Assembly (NCBI RefSeq): GCF_018350175.1
Contig: NC_058368.1
Coordinates: 102,426,001-102,490,000 of the forward strand
Reading direction: 5' to 3'
Origin: Felis catus
Lineage: Eukaryota
Length of the DNA stretch: 64,000 nt
Below are positions 39,482 through 50,820 of the stretch, piece after piece. The notes below the pieces were generated by a model. It saw nothing but the letters and a program-made list of their open reading frames with translations. It had not been told where the DNA came from and did no database searches. Position 1 is the first letter of the stretch. Each line of letters opens with the position of its first letter. The position numbers and the translations under genes are program-made.

Positions 39482-39857
39482 TGCTATGGGTTGAATGCGG
39501 CCCTCCAAAATCCCTGTGCGGACACCCTAATCCGCGATGTGATCATCTGAAGAGAAGACTTAAATAATTAAGGTCAAATGAGGTCATGATGTCCTTATAA
39601 GGAGAGACACCAGAAGGCAGCTCTCTCACAAGCTCTCCTCCCTCCACCGCTGCCCCTGCCCCCTGCACACAGAGAAGAGGTCGTTTAAGCACAAAGCAAG
39701 ATGGCAGCCACCTACAAGCCCGGAACCGAGCACTCGTTACGAAGCGACTGTGCTGGCACCCAGCCTCCCAGACTCCAGAACGATGAGAAAACTTTCTGTT
39801 GTCTAAAGCCAGAGAGTCTGTGACATTTTGTCATGGCAGTCTGAGCTACCTAAGACA
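39482..39857 (+). mobile_element. Solo ERVL-MaLR LTR (MST/MLT1A-like)
   Basis: Starts TGCTATGGGTTGAATG, ends CTAAGACA, typical internal motifs (gtccttataag, ctccagaac..tgaga..tttctgttg), flanked by a perfect 5-bp TSD GCAAG (39477-39481 / 39858-39862). Confidence 0.88.
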
Positions 39858-40082
39858 GCAAGAACCTAGCGAGTGGATCTCTTGGTAGAGATGGGGCCAC
39901 CACCCACCCCCGGAAGGTGACAGAGCTGGGACAAGCAGCAGGAGGTCAACTAGAACGCCACAAATCGAAGGCTATCTCACAACGATTCTATGGCTTTTTC
40001 AAAATGTTTCGCCATCATTAAAGTCACAGCAATGAACGGCTGTGAAGAGCCCCCGAATTACAGGGGATTAAAAGTGTTGACC

Positions 40083-41700
40083 CTGTCCCCATCAAATAAC
40101 CACCGGCATTTTTCACAGGGCTAGAACAAACAATCCTAAAATTTGTATGGAACCACAAAAGACCCCAAAGAGCCAAAGCATTCCTGAAAAAGAATGGTAG
40201 CCACCGAAACTGGAGACATCACGATTCCGGACCTCAAGCCATATTACAAAGCTGTAATCATCAAGACAGTATGGTACTGGCACAAGAACAGACACATAGA
40301 GCAATGGAACACAACAGAGAACCCAGAAACGACCTCACAAACGTATGGCCAACTAACCTTCGGCAGAGCAGGAAAGAACATCCAATGGAAAAAAGACAGT
40401 GTCTTTGGCAAATGGGGTTGGGAAAACCGGACAGCGACATGCAGAAGAATGAAACTGGACCACTTTCTTACACCATACACAAAAATAAACTCAAAATGGA
40501 TGAAAGACCTAAATGTAAGACAGGGAGCCATCAAAATCCCAGTGGAGAACAAAGGCAACAACCTCTTTGACCTTGGCTGGAGCAAACTTGTTACTAGACA
40601 TGTTGCCAGAGGCAAGGGAAACAAAAGCAACCATGAACTATTGGGACCTCATCAAAATAAAAAGCTTCTGCACGGCGAAGGAAACAACAAAACTGAAAGG
40701 CAGCCTCTAGGACAGGAGAAGATATGTGCAAATGACATACCTATAAAAGGGTTAGTATCCAAAATCTATAATGAACTTAACAAGCTCAACACCCAAAAAC
40801 CAAACGACCCGGGTGAGAAATGGGCAGAAGACACGAATAGACATTTGTCCAAAGAAGACACCCGAAAGGTGGCTCACAGACACAGGAAAAGATGTTAACG
40901 TCACTCCTCATCAGGGAAATACAAATCAAGACCACAGTGAGATACCACCTCACACCTGTCGGAATAACAACTCCGGAAACAACCAGTGTGGGCAAGGGTG
41001 CGGACAAAGGGGAACCCTCTTGCACTGCTGGTGGGAATGCCAACGTGTGCGGCCGCTCTGGAAAACAGTGTGGCGGTTCCTGAAAAAGTTAAATTTGATC
41101 CAGCAATCGTACCACTCGGTAGTTACCCAAAGGATAAAAAAAACACAGATCTGGAGGGGTAGAGCAGCGCTATCCACAATAGCCAAACTGTGGAAAGAGC
41201 CCAAATGTCCATCGACTGATGAATGGTAGGTTCATCGACTGATAAAGAAGAAATGGATAGACACACACACACACACACCCCTCTATATACACACACAATG
41301 GAATATGACTCAGCGATCACAAAGAATGACATCTTGCCATCTGCAATGTATGGATGGAGCTAGAGTATATTATGCTAAGGAAAATGAGCCGGAGAAAGAC
41401 AAACATATGATTTCACTCATACACGGAATTTAAGAAACAAGAGAGATGACCAGATGGGAAGAGGGGGAGGAAAAGAGAAGACAAACCACAAGAGACTCAT
41501 AATGAGAGAGAACAAACTGAGCGGGGGGTTGATGGAGGGAGGTGGGTGGGGTAGGCAAGATGGGTGATGGGCAGTAAGGAGGGCACCTGTGACGAGCACT
41601 GGGTGTTGTGCAGAAGTGATGAATCACTGAATTCTACTCCCGAAACCAATACTGTGCTGTGTGTCAACTAACTGGAATGTAAATAAAAACTTGAAAAGAA
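40083..41700 (+). mobile_element. 5'-truncated carnivore LINE-1 (ORF2 C-terminus plus 3'UTR), antisense to ZNF608
   Basis: ORF2-like peptides (YYKAVIIKTVWYWHKNRHIEQWN, DHFLTPYTKINSKWMKDLNVR, GTLLHCWWEC, LWKEPKCPSTDEW) broken by frameshifts, G-rich 3'UTR, AATAAA near 41682, degenerate TSD aaaagtgttgacc / aaaaggttagacc. Confidence 0.93.
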
Positions 41701-42181
41701 AAGGTTAGACCTAATCATGTCACTCCCATGACTTCCGGGGTGAGGGGGGGGGGTGGGGGCAGATACAACGTAAAAGGCCTGCAGAAACCAGTGCCATTTC
41801 ACCAAAGCCTCTCATTATGCCTCCCTTTTTTCCCACAATTTCCCTCAAGCAGCCATCTGATCTTCTGATGGTTATATTCAGTGCCCCAGACACTGGCCGC
41901 CACCCTCAGTCCGTGAGATAGCAGGAAGCCACCGATAACATCAACCAGTGACAATGATTAAGTGGGAGTCATTTCCTGTCTCAATAGAACACAAAGACGC
42001 GGCGAATCGCCTTCATCGTATCACTAGGAAATGCTAGGAAGTAAGAATTAAGAACTTATTTACCCCCTGGAGTTCATGTTAACTCAAAGCTCGGTGTGTT
42101 TATTTTAAGACGTGAGCGGTCCTTTGGGCCCACAGTTTTCCAAAGCAGAACGAACAACACAATAACGACGGAACCGCTGAC

Positions 42182-42335
42182 CTTGGAAAGGGTCATATTG
42201 ACCAGGGATGAGTGGGTAACCCATGCCCACGTGGGTGTGGTGGTGCGTGTGCAGGTGCCGCTGGCTGAACGGCGAGTGGCGGTCCCTCTCCCGTTCTGCC
42301 TCCCGCTCCCGCTCTGCTGTCGCCTTTTCCACGGG
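42182..42335 (-). CDS. ZNF608: ZNF608 coding exon (154 nt)
   Basis: [51 protein letters not shown](G). Acceptor TTTTCTGTTGCAG (42337-42336), donor AAG|GTCAGC (42181-42180). Confidence 0.96.
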
Positions 42336-42821
42336 CTGCAACAGAAAAGAAAGACGGGCCCCTCTAAATACTCTGAAAAACAACCGGCAGGAGCGCGAAC
42401 CCACCTCTGTCCTTCGAGCCCTGTGTGTAAACGATTCGGAAGCAAACACAGAGATACTTAACATTCCTTACTAAGTGAAGATCATTTCAAAAGGCATGCA
42501 TGAGTTCCAGTTGGAAATAAGCCAAAGCAAAAGAAACACCCCACCTAAAAGGTAACCAGGTGGCATCAGGGTTTGCCTCAAGTGATGGGAATAAAAGAAC
42601 ATTTTCTTTACAGTCGCTCGAAATTGCAAGATTCGGATCTACCCGATTTCTTCCCAGAAGCCACACTTATACGTGGGTCAAGAAGGTTGAAAAAAGGGGT
42701 CGTGGAGATGTGGGTCAAATTTTCTAATGACTGTGTCTTTTACTTACATTTTGTGGGGCGAATGTATCTCCCAATTCTCAGTACACCTTATCCATTTTAG
42801 CCCATGGAAAATACACCTCTC

Positions 42822-43060
42822 GGGGTGCCTGGGTGGCTCAGTCGGTTAAGAGTCTGAGTTCGGCTCAGTTCTGATCTCACCGTTCAGGAGTTCGAGCCCC
42901 ACGTCGGGCTCTGTGCTGACAAGCTCAGAGCCTGGAGCCTGCTTCAGATTCTGTGTCTCCCTCTCTCTCTCTCTCTCTGCCCCACTCCCACTCTTGCTCT
43001 CTCTCAAAAATAAACAAACATTAAAAAAAAAATCTTTTTAAAAACAAATAAACAAAAAAA
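42822..43060 (+). mobile_element. Intronic CAN-SINE
   Basis: TSD gaaaatacacctctcg. Confidence 0.92.
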
Positions 43061-43648
43061 GAAAATACACCTCTCGACAAGACCGGGCAACACCAAGTAC
43101 GGGAAATCGTCGCCCTGTGCCTCTGAGAGCATTCCGGAATCCGGCGGCTTCTGAACGCTCAACGAAAAGCTGTGGTTCTCCCGAATCACAGTTCACGACT
43201 GCCTTTCCTACACGTGTCTGCCCACTAGAACCCGGCCAACCTGAGGTTCTCGTTGTCACGCGAAAAGAAAAAAAAATGCCTGTGCTGGAAGGAGTACGCA
43301 CAGAAATAGATTCATGAATCCCCATCCCTCGCTTACAGAGTCCCTGCTGGACTCGTCCACATCAAAGATCTTGGATCTCACTCCAAACTTCTTTTCTAGG
43401 CAAGAATGGCCACACCCTTTTGTCTCTCTTGACAACGGCCTTTAGGGCTAGTAGTTGCCCTCTTTCACGGAGGGGGTGGTGCCGGGACGGGAGCAAGGGC
43501 GGAGCCATCTTTCACAAAGGCACGTGTCTCTCCCCTGCTTCGGGAAGTTACAGGGACAGGACAATGGGTCGAGGCCAAAAGAGACAGGTGCAGCCGTCCC
43601 TTCCCCACGCGACTCACCCGTGCCAGTGCATCAAAATATCCGCCATCT

Positions 43649-43878
43649 GGGGCGCCTGGGTGGCGCAGTCGGTTAAGCGTCCGACTTCAGTCAGGTCACG
43701 ATCTCACGGTCCGTGAGTTCGAGCCCCGCGTCAGGCTCTGGGCTGATGGCTCAGAGCCTGGAGCCTGTTTCCGATTCTGTGTCTCCCTCTCTCTCTGCCC
43801 CTCCCCTGTTCATGCTCTGTCTCTCTCTGTCCCAAAAATAAATAAACGTTGAAAAAAAAATTAAAAAAAAAAAAAAAA
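43649..43878 (+). mobile_element. Intronic young SINEC_Fc
   Basis: TSD aaaatatc(c/t)gccatc. Confidence 0.93.
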
Positions 43879-44212
43879 TATCTGCCATCAGAAATACTTC
43901 ACGCCGCAAGCCGGCTCCTATGAATTTACACGTCCACCTAGCAGACGCCCTCCTGGGCAGTCAAGGCACGGTGCATTTTGCGACAGAAAAGCTCGCCAGC
44001 ACCACAGACGCTTTGGCGATTTTTTTTCTTCCCCCTCGCGTGTGAGAGCATCGTACCTTTGAACATTCCGTTCTTTATGTGCGAGGATAAAACAGCATCT
44101 TGAAATCACAGCCGGGTTCGAAAACCATTTCTATTTCAAGACCGCTTCCTAGCTTGTCCCCTCTTCTCCCCCAAAACATGGTACTTTTAAGTAACAACAA
44201 AAGGAGGCTTAC

Positions 44213-44385
44213 GGCGGGAGACTTGCTATGGTACTGGTTGGCATGCTGCTGGAGCAGGTCCAGCGCTTTTGATTCCGATGTTGTTTTCGCGTTGATGCTA
44301 GGGCTGGTATTGACTTTCTCTGCCTCTTCTCTCCCTGACATCTTCCCATAAACAGGATAATGAAAGCCTGGAGAGAGATAGGCCC
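44213..44385 (-). CDS. ZNF608: ZNF608 coding exon (173 nt)
   Basis: (G)[20 protein letters not shown]...[19 protein letters not shown]. Acceptor TTTATCTGCAG (44387-44386), donor GCC|GTAAGC (44212-44211). Confidence 0.96.
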
Positions 44386-44971
44386 CTGCAGATAAACAAC
44401 AAATGCCACATCAAGTTATGGGCTCCATTTTTTAAACAGGAAAAAAAAAAAAAAATCACTCGGGTTACAACGAATTTGGGCTAAGAGTCGGAGACCTTAA
44501 AATAGGGGATTACATTAAGAATGGGCTACATCATCGTTAAAGGGCACGACGGAGGTTCTCCGGTTTTCTTCTCCCAGTTAATTCGTCCTGATGAACGGAG
44601 GTTATAAACAGAATTGAGCTTACAGCCGTTTCATACATTTACGCGTCCGCTTAAGTGAAAGGAACAGTAACTATAATGATTATGACAGTGAGCGCCGAGA
44701 ATATTTTCATAGGCAATAAAGTATCTGTCAGTCTAACAGACGAGAGCATCAGAGTCTACGGAAACTAGAGCTGGGAACCGTTGACGTTTTCTCTAAGACA
44801 AAACAAAACGAACTCATGTTAAGTAAGTTTCATCCCGGGGACCCGAAGCGGCATAAAGACAAGCAAAACAAACGCGACCACTGAAGCATCTCATTTATCC
44901 CGAGCTTTTCAGTAACCACTAAGCGAATGTAGCCTCCTCCCTCTAAGAGAGCGAGAACCCGCGACACGTAC

Positions 44972-45389
44972 CAGGGTAACTGTGCATTAGGACAGGAGAA
45001 ACAGCCCGGTATGCAGGGTGGCTGGGGTCATACATCTGTGGGTAAGGATAAGCATGCAAGTACTGTATGTAGGGCTGATGCTGACTCAGAGGCGAGGAAA
45101 CTGCCACTCTCGTTCCCCGAGAGTCCTTCCAGTTCACGGGCGTCTTCCGATCATCACTCTTGAGCTTGTTCTCCTCCGTGGACTGAGAATCCGGGCGCTT
45201 GGCCTCTTTGGGCTCCTCCTTAATGCTCGTTAATGACACGGGGAGGCTGGACACCCCACTGTCTTTAGTGGGAGTCTTCCTGGGACTATCTTCTTTTAAT
45301 TTCTTTTCCCTCTCAAGCTCTTCTGACTTTTGCTGATCCAGGTATTTGGGCTGGTATACATAATGATGCCAGGTCCTTGAATCTGGATC
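44972..45389 (-). CDS. ZNF608: ZNF608 coding exon (418 nt)
   Basis: [25 protein letters not shown]...[11 protein letters not shown](G). Acceptor CCCCTCAATCAG (45391-45390), donor G|GTACGT (44971-44970). Phase 0 in, phase 1 out. Confidence 0.95.
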
Positions 45390-45395
45390 CTGATT

Positions 45396-46480
45396 GAGGG
45401 GAGGGGAGGGGAGGGGAGAAGGAGGGGAGGAGGAGGAGGAGAAGAGAGGAGGGGAAGGGAGGGGAGGGGAGGGGAGGGGAGGGGAGGGGAGGGGAGAGGA
45501 GAGGAGAGGAGAGGAGAGGAGAGGAGAGGAGAGGAGAGGAGAGGAGAGGAGAGGAAAGGAAGAAAAGAAAGAAAGAAAAGAAAGAGAAGGAAAAGAGAGG
45601 AGGGGAGAGGAGGGGAGGGGAGGGGAGGGGAGGGGAGGGGAGAGGAGAGGAGAGGAGAGGAGAGGAGAGGAGAGGAGAGGAGAGGAGAGGAGAGGAGAGG
45701 AAGAAAAGAAAGAAAGAAAAGAAAGAGAAGGAAAAGAGAGGAGGGGAGGGGAGGGGAGGGGAGGGGAGAGGAGAGGAGAGGAGAGGAGAGGAGAGGAGAG
45801 GAGAGGAGAGGAGAGGAGAGGAGAGGAGAGGAGAGGAGAGGAAGAAAAGAAAGAAAGAAAGAAAAGAAAGAGAAGGAAAAGAGAGGAGGGGAGGGGAGGG
45901 GAAGGGAGGGGAGAGGAGAGGAGAGGAGAGGAGAGGAGAGGAGAGGAGAGGAGAGGAGAGGAGAGGAGAGGAGAGGAGAGGAAGAAAAGAAAGAAAGAAA
46001 AGAAAGAGAAGGAAAAGAGAGGAGGGGAGGGGAGGGGGGAGGGGAGGGGAGGGGAGAGGAGGGGAGAGGAGAGGAGAGGAGAGGAGAGGAGAGGAGAGGA
46101 GAGGAGAGGAGAGGAGAGGAGAGGAGAGGAGAGGAGAGGAGAGGAGAGGAGAGGAGAGGAAGAAAAGAAAGAAAGAAAAGAAAGAGAAGGAAAAGAGAGG
46201 AGGGGAGAGGAGGGGAGAGGAGAGGAGGGGAGGGGAGGGGAGGGGAGGGGAGGGGAGAGGAGAAGGAGAAGGAGAAGGAGAAGGAGAAGGAGAAGGAGAA
46301 GGAGAAGGAGAAGGAGAAGGAGAAGGAGGAGGGGAGGGGAGGGGAGGGGAGGGGAGGGGAGGGGAGGGGAGAGGAGAGGAGAGAAGAGGAGAGAAGAGAA
46401 GAGGAAAGGAAAGGAAGAAAAGAAAGAGAAGGAAAAGAAAAGAAAGAAAAGAAAGAGGAAAAAGAAAAAAAAAAAAAAAA
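45396..46480. repeat. 1085-bp compound purine/pyrimidine tract: (GAGAG)n, (GAGGG)n, (GAAA)n, (GAGAAG)n with higher-order periodicity
   Basis: The + strand contains only A and G across the whole interval. Confidence 0.97.
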
Positions 46481-46544
46481 CCTCGTTTTAAAATCTCCAT
46501 TTTTAAGCAAAACCCATTAATCACCATGACAGCATTATTACTCT

Positions 46545-46770
46545 TACTTCTAATGCTAAGTTAACATGTATTTATGTGCTCGCACTGTGCAAAGAGCATT
46601 ACCTTCCTCTCACAAAGTAATAACATCTGAGGTAGGCATCGTTATTAACCTCTTTTACACAAGACAAAAGCAAAGCTTTTAAAGCTCAAGGAACAGCAGG
46701 GTCGTGCTGCTGACCAGGGCGCAGGTGGGCTTCCAACTCAGGTCTGAGGGAACTCAGAGCCGGGCCCTTC
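46545..46770 (-). mobile_element. MIR fragment
   Basis: tatttatgtgctc...gaggtaggcatcgttattaacctcttttacac...ccaactcaggtctg. Confidence 0.55.
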
Positions 46771-46879
46771 GTGGGATCTTTCAACAGGAAATAACACCCT
46801 CAGACATAATTTAATCTAGCCCTCATTTTCCCTTCATTGTCTCACATAGGCAAAACGAATTTGAGAATTCGTCAGCTCA

Positions 46880-47103
46880 GGGGGCGCCTGGGTGGCTCAG
46901 TTGGTTAAGCGTCTGACTTTGGTCAGCTCAGGTCATGATCCCACGGTTCATCAGTTTGAATCCCGCGTGGGGTTCTGGGCTGACAGCTCAGAGCCTGGAG
47001 CCTCTGTCTCCCTCTCTCTCTCTGGCCCTCCCCTGCTCACACTCTGTCTCTCCCCCTTTCAAAAAATAAATAAAAGTTAAAATACATATACATATTTAAA
47101 AAA
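46880..47103 (+). mobile_element. Intronic CAN-SINE
   Basis: TSD tcagctcagg. Confidence 0.9.
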
Positions 47104-48368
47104 CTTCAGCTCAGGCCACTTAATAGTGAATTTGAGTCACGAATAGATCACGTAACATCATTTATGGGGAACGGGGCGGGGGGGGGGGGGGATGGAAACT
47201 CTTGGTTTCCTAATGTATTTTCTTCAACTACAGCAGCTGAGGCTTAATATAGGGGCTCACATCTCATGTGCAGACATCATCAAAACAAAATTTCAAAAAT
47301 TAATAGCACACCTCATAGCTTTTCTTTCAGAAACCAAAGGCATCTATAACCCCCCCCCCCCAAGTTCTGACGCAGCCCTGTGAAGCCACGGCCTGATTCA
47401 GGCCTCCAGAACTGGGGCAAGCGAGGAGCCCAAAAGGCCTCTGCGACCCCCATCCCGTTCACGACAAAAACCCCCTGGGTATTTAAGTCCTGGGAGAGAA
47501 CATTCAACCTTGGGCCTGAGTCTCAACCTCTGGGCAGAAATGAGCATCAAGAAAGGATTCTGGTGCTCTGATTCACCAGGGGTGAAAGTGTGGGAGTGGA
47601 GAGGGGGGTCGGGAGGCCGGGAAACCCCAGCGTTAACTCTCGCGGGACCGCAGTGAGTCAGGATGTGTGCGCGGTGACAGAAAGCGCGAGCACACGTGTG
47701 ATTTCGCGGTGGCCGATTTTCAGGTGTCTGCACAGGGAGCCTCAGGCTGGCCGAGCAGGGGCTTCCGGGATGGCTGCGGGAGGCCCACGCACCCAGACCC
47801 CCCCTGTTCTCCTCACAGGCGACCGGCACGGGGCCCCGCGTTGGGGCTCTTAACCCCTAGGCATCTCAGACACCGTGTGAAAGACATCTGGGCCCCAAGT
47901 GGTAGGACAGAGCCCAGCGGGGGAATGTGGGTTTAAGGCCCCGGTCTTATGCTCCTCGAGGCTGCCGGGAGAAATTGGGACACGAGAAAGAACACACGCG
48001 GTAGAGATCAGACTCAGGATCTCAGCGGCCAGGTGGAAGGATTCCCCCAGTGTGGGCTCAGTAAGAAAGTAAGGGACCTCGTCAGGTTCACAGCGAGTGA
48101 CCAGCACGGAACACGAGTCTGCGACGCACAGGTGCGAAGTTCCTTTGACTACATACACAACCCAAGGCAAGGGTGAGTTGGGCACACTGGAGAGGTACAC
48201 AGTGGCTCGTGAGAGGATCTCGGCGAATACGTTTCAGGAGGAGAAGGGACCAACCCTAAGGAACCCTTGGCTTATTTCCTGGGAAGAAGGCTAACCAGAT
48301 CAAGCCCAGACACGTCCAAGGGTCAGACTCGCTCTCTCCCTGTGGGGGGCCACGCTCCACAATCTTAC

Positions 48369-50820
48369 TTGTTTAAATCTCGAGGCTGGGTCTACACCTG
48401 TCTGCTTCATAGAGTCCATGACAGATTTCATTTCTACAGCCTCCTTAATAAGCTGGTGGTTTTCCATCTGCTTAGCTTTGAAGCTGTCGGCCTGAAGCTG
48501 CTGCTGGTGGCCGGGGAGAAGCTGTGATTTACCTGTGTCCTCAGTTTTATTAGGCACTGGCGGCCCTAGTTTAGAATGGGTTTTGTTAGGCTCTGGGGTA
48601 GAGGGAGCTTTTGAGATTGTGGCAGACGGCAGGCTTTTCTGTTTACTGTCCTCCTTGCCCGGCTCCTTCAAGGGGAGCTCGCTTTTCCTGTCGCACTCTC
48701 CTCGGCCAGCTTGGGCCATTTTCTGCTCTGCCAGCCTCTGGTCCTCATAGTACTTCTCATACTGCTGTCTGTAGGCAGGGCTGGTGGCCATCAGGGACTT
48801 CTGGTCCATATAGAGCCCGTAGGCGTACTGGCCGTAGTAAAGCGACTGCGCCAGCGCTGGGTGTCTCTGCGTGATCACCGACTGGTGCTGAGGCTGTAAG
48901 GGTGCCGGGTTGTGGTCCGCTTTCTTGGCATCCAGCTGCTCGGCCTTGTCTTTCCTTTCGGCCTCCTCCTCGGACTCCTTCTTGATCTTCATCGCCTGCG
49001 TGCTCCCGCCGTTCCCGGCCGCAGGGGCTCCCACCTGCCCAGGGTGCATGTAACTTGGAGAATAGTAAGGATCGTAGCCATGGTAATAGGGAGAATGGGA
49101 CTCTTTGAGCTGAGAGGACTGTGCTGCAGCTGCAGGATGCCCTTTGACGACGCCCTCCTTACTGGAAATGATGTCCGACGGGGAACCGGCCTTGGACCTC
49201 ACGCCCTCCGACCGGCTGTCGGACCCACCATCGTCGGCGGCGTCCGAGATGTCCGAATAGGCGGGGCTGCTGGTCTTGGCCGCGGTCTCGGCCCCGTTCT
49301 GCGTCAGCACGTGCAGCGGGGCCATGGGCGCCTGCCCGTTCACCAGCGGGTTGCACTCCATCCTCGAGGCGCTGCCTATGGAAGGGCTGGGCGCGTTGTC
49401 CGTGAAAGTGTAAACCTTGTCGGCCTCGGCTTTGATGCTGGCCATCCGGCTCTCCTGAGACTCTGAGAGTCCGTTGGCCAGCCCTTCACTCTTGTTGAGG
49501 TGGTCCTTTAAAAAATGCCCCGATAAGTCCTTGCCGGCCCCCTTGGCGTCCTCAAGTTTGCCCAGCTTGGCATCCATTTTCGGGCTCCCCGACTCCTTCC
49601 CTTCTTTGTCCTTAAGCTTCCGCTTCTCCTTCTTCTTTTTGTCTTTGAGGGACACGAGAGCCGGGTTCACGGTGATGGGCTCCCCCATGATGGTGGGCTT
49701 TGGCTGGATGGGTTTCAACGGAGGACTCTTTGGTGTGGCCTGCACCACGGTGGTCGTGAGGGAGGGCAGTCCGGGGATGGTGCCCGTGGTGGTGCTCGTG
49801 AAGGCCGCGGTGGGTATGGCGATGAGCTGCGGCGGGGTGGGGGCCGGGGCGGGGGCGATGGGCCGCGCGGTTTTCAGCTTGGCGAGGTTCTTGTCCATTT
49901 TGCAGTTGTTGGCTTTCTTGCCCTTTTCTTTCTCTCCCGCGTTCTTCTTGTCGATGAGCCCTTCTGCTTCCAGTTTGGGCATCTCGGAAGCCAAGCTGCC
50001 ATCTGCCGCGGAGCAAGCGTCTAGGGTGGCCGTCATGTTGGAGATGACCGGGAGGTTGTTCAGCTCGCCGTGAAGGCCCTTCTTCTTGCCAGAACTCTTC
50101 CCCGCTTTCGACCCGACGACAGAGCCCGGACCGTTGCTCATCAGCTCTCTCTTCCCCTTGGGGGTGCCGGGGGGGTGCCCGGGGCCGGGCGACACCGGCG
50201 CCTTCACCTGGTCGTAGGCCGCCAGACTGGCGCTGGGCTCGCTGCATTCGAGCGCGACGTGGCTCAGCGCCTCCTCGCAGTCCGAGATCTTGTCCTCGCT
50301 GTCGGGCTCGAACTCCAGCTTGTTCTCCGGGTCTAGGTGCGCGTGGGCCTGGTGGTACCTCAGGCCGTTAATGTGCTTGTACTTTTTGTTGCAGTTTGGG
50401 TGGGGGCAGTCGATCAACACTGGCGAGGAGCAGCCCTGGTCCAAAAAAGTCGCCTCTGGTTTCCCTTGAGGAGTGGTCGGAGTGCTTCTGGAGTTGGTGC
50501 GGACGCGCTTCCCCGGCTTATTGTCCTCGGAGCTGGAATTCAGGTCCAGCTCCATCGGGGGCTTGTTTTTCCTCTTGTTGGTGGAGGAGGGGCTGGCTTT
50601 GATGTCCTCAGCAGCACAATTTGGGGGTGTCCTTCGCCCGCTGGCGTTGAGGCTGCCCCGCCTCCCTTTCCCATTGGCCCCCCCTCTGTTCTTGTTCTGC
50701 AGCCCTCTGGACTCCGTGAAGCTGGCCTCTGAGCCCGGAGCCGCCGCGGCAGACCTCGCTCTCTTCCCTCGGCCCCGGCCCCCTCTCATCTCCAGGTCGC
50801 TTGTCGGTGACTCGCAGAAC
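48369..50820 (-). CDS. ZNF608: ZNF608 large coding exon (2452 nt) containing the single C2H2 zinc finger
   Basis: Lies within ORF 48300..50954(-): [20 protein letters not shown]...[24 protein letters not shown]...SPAYSDISD...DPASRFKQ, recognised as ZNF608. Acceptor GTTTCCCTAG (50822-50821), donor CAA|GTAAGA (48368-48367). Phase 2 in, phase 0 out. Confidence 0.98.
50337..50408 (-). other. ZNF608: C2H2 zinc finger coding segment (C-x4-C-x12-H-x4-H)
   Basis: Translation [24 protein letters not shown]. Confidence 0.93.

Noticed and set aside
40194..41229. 234-aa and 152-aa ORFs as a functional gene or active L1
   Set aside because: Frameshifted fragments of a 5'-truncated L1 ORF2; no promoter, ORF1 or RT core.
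45296..46527. Three ORFs of 365-404 aa (P/S/L/F-rich and R/G/E/K-rich)
   Set aside because: Stop-free only because the tract has just two base types per strand; not coding.
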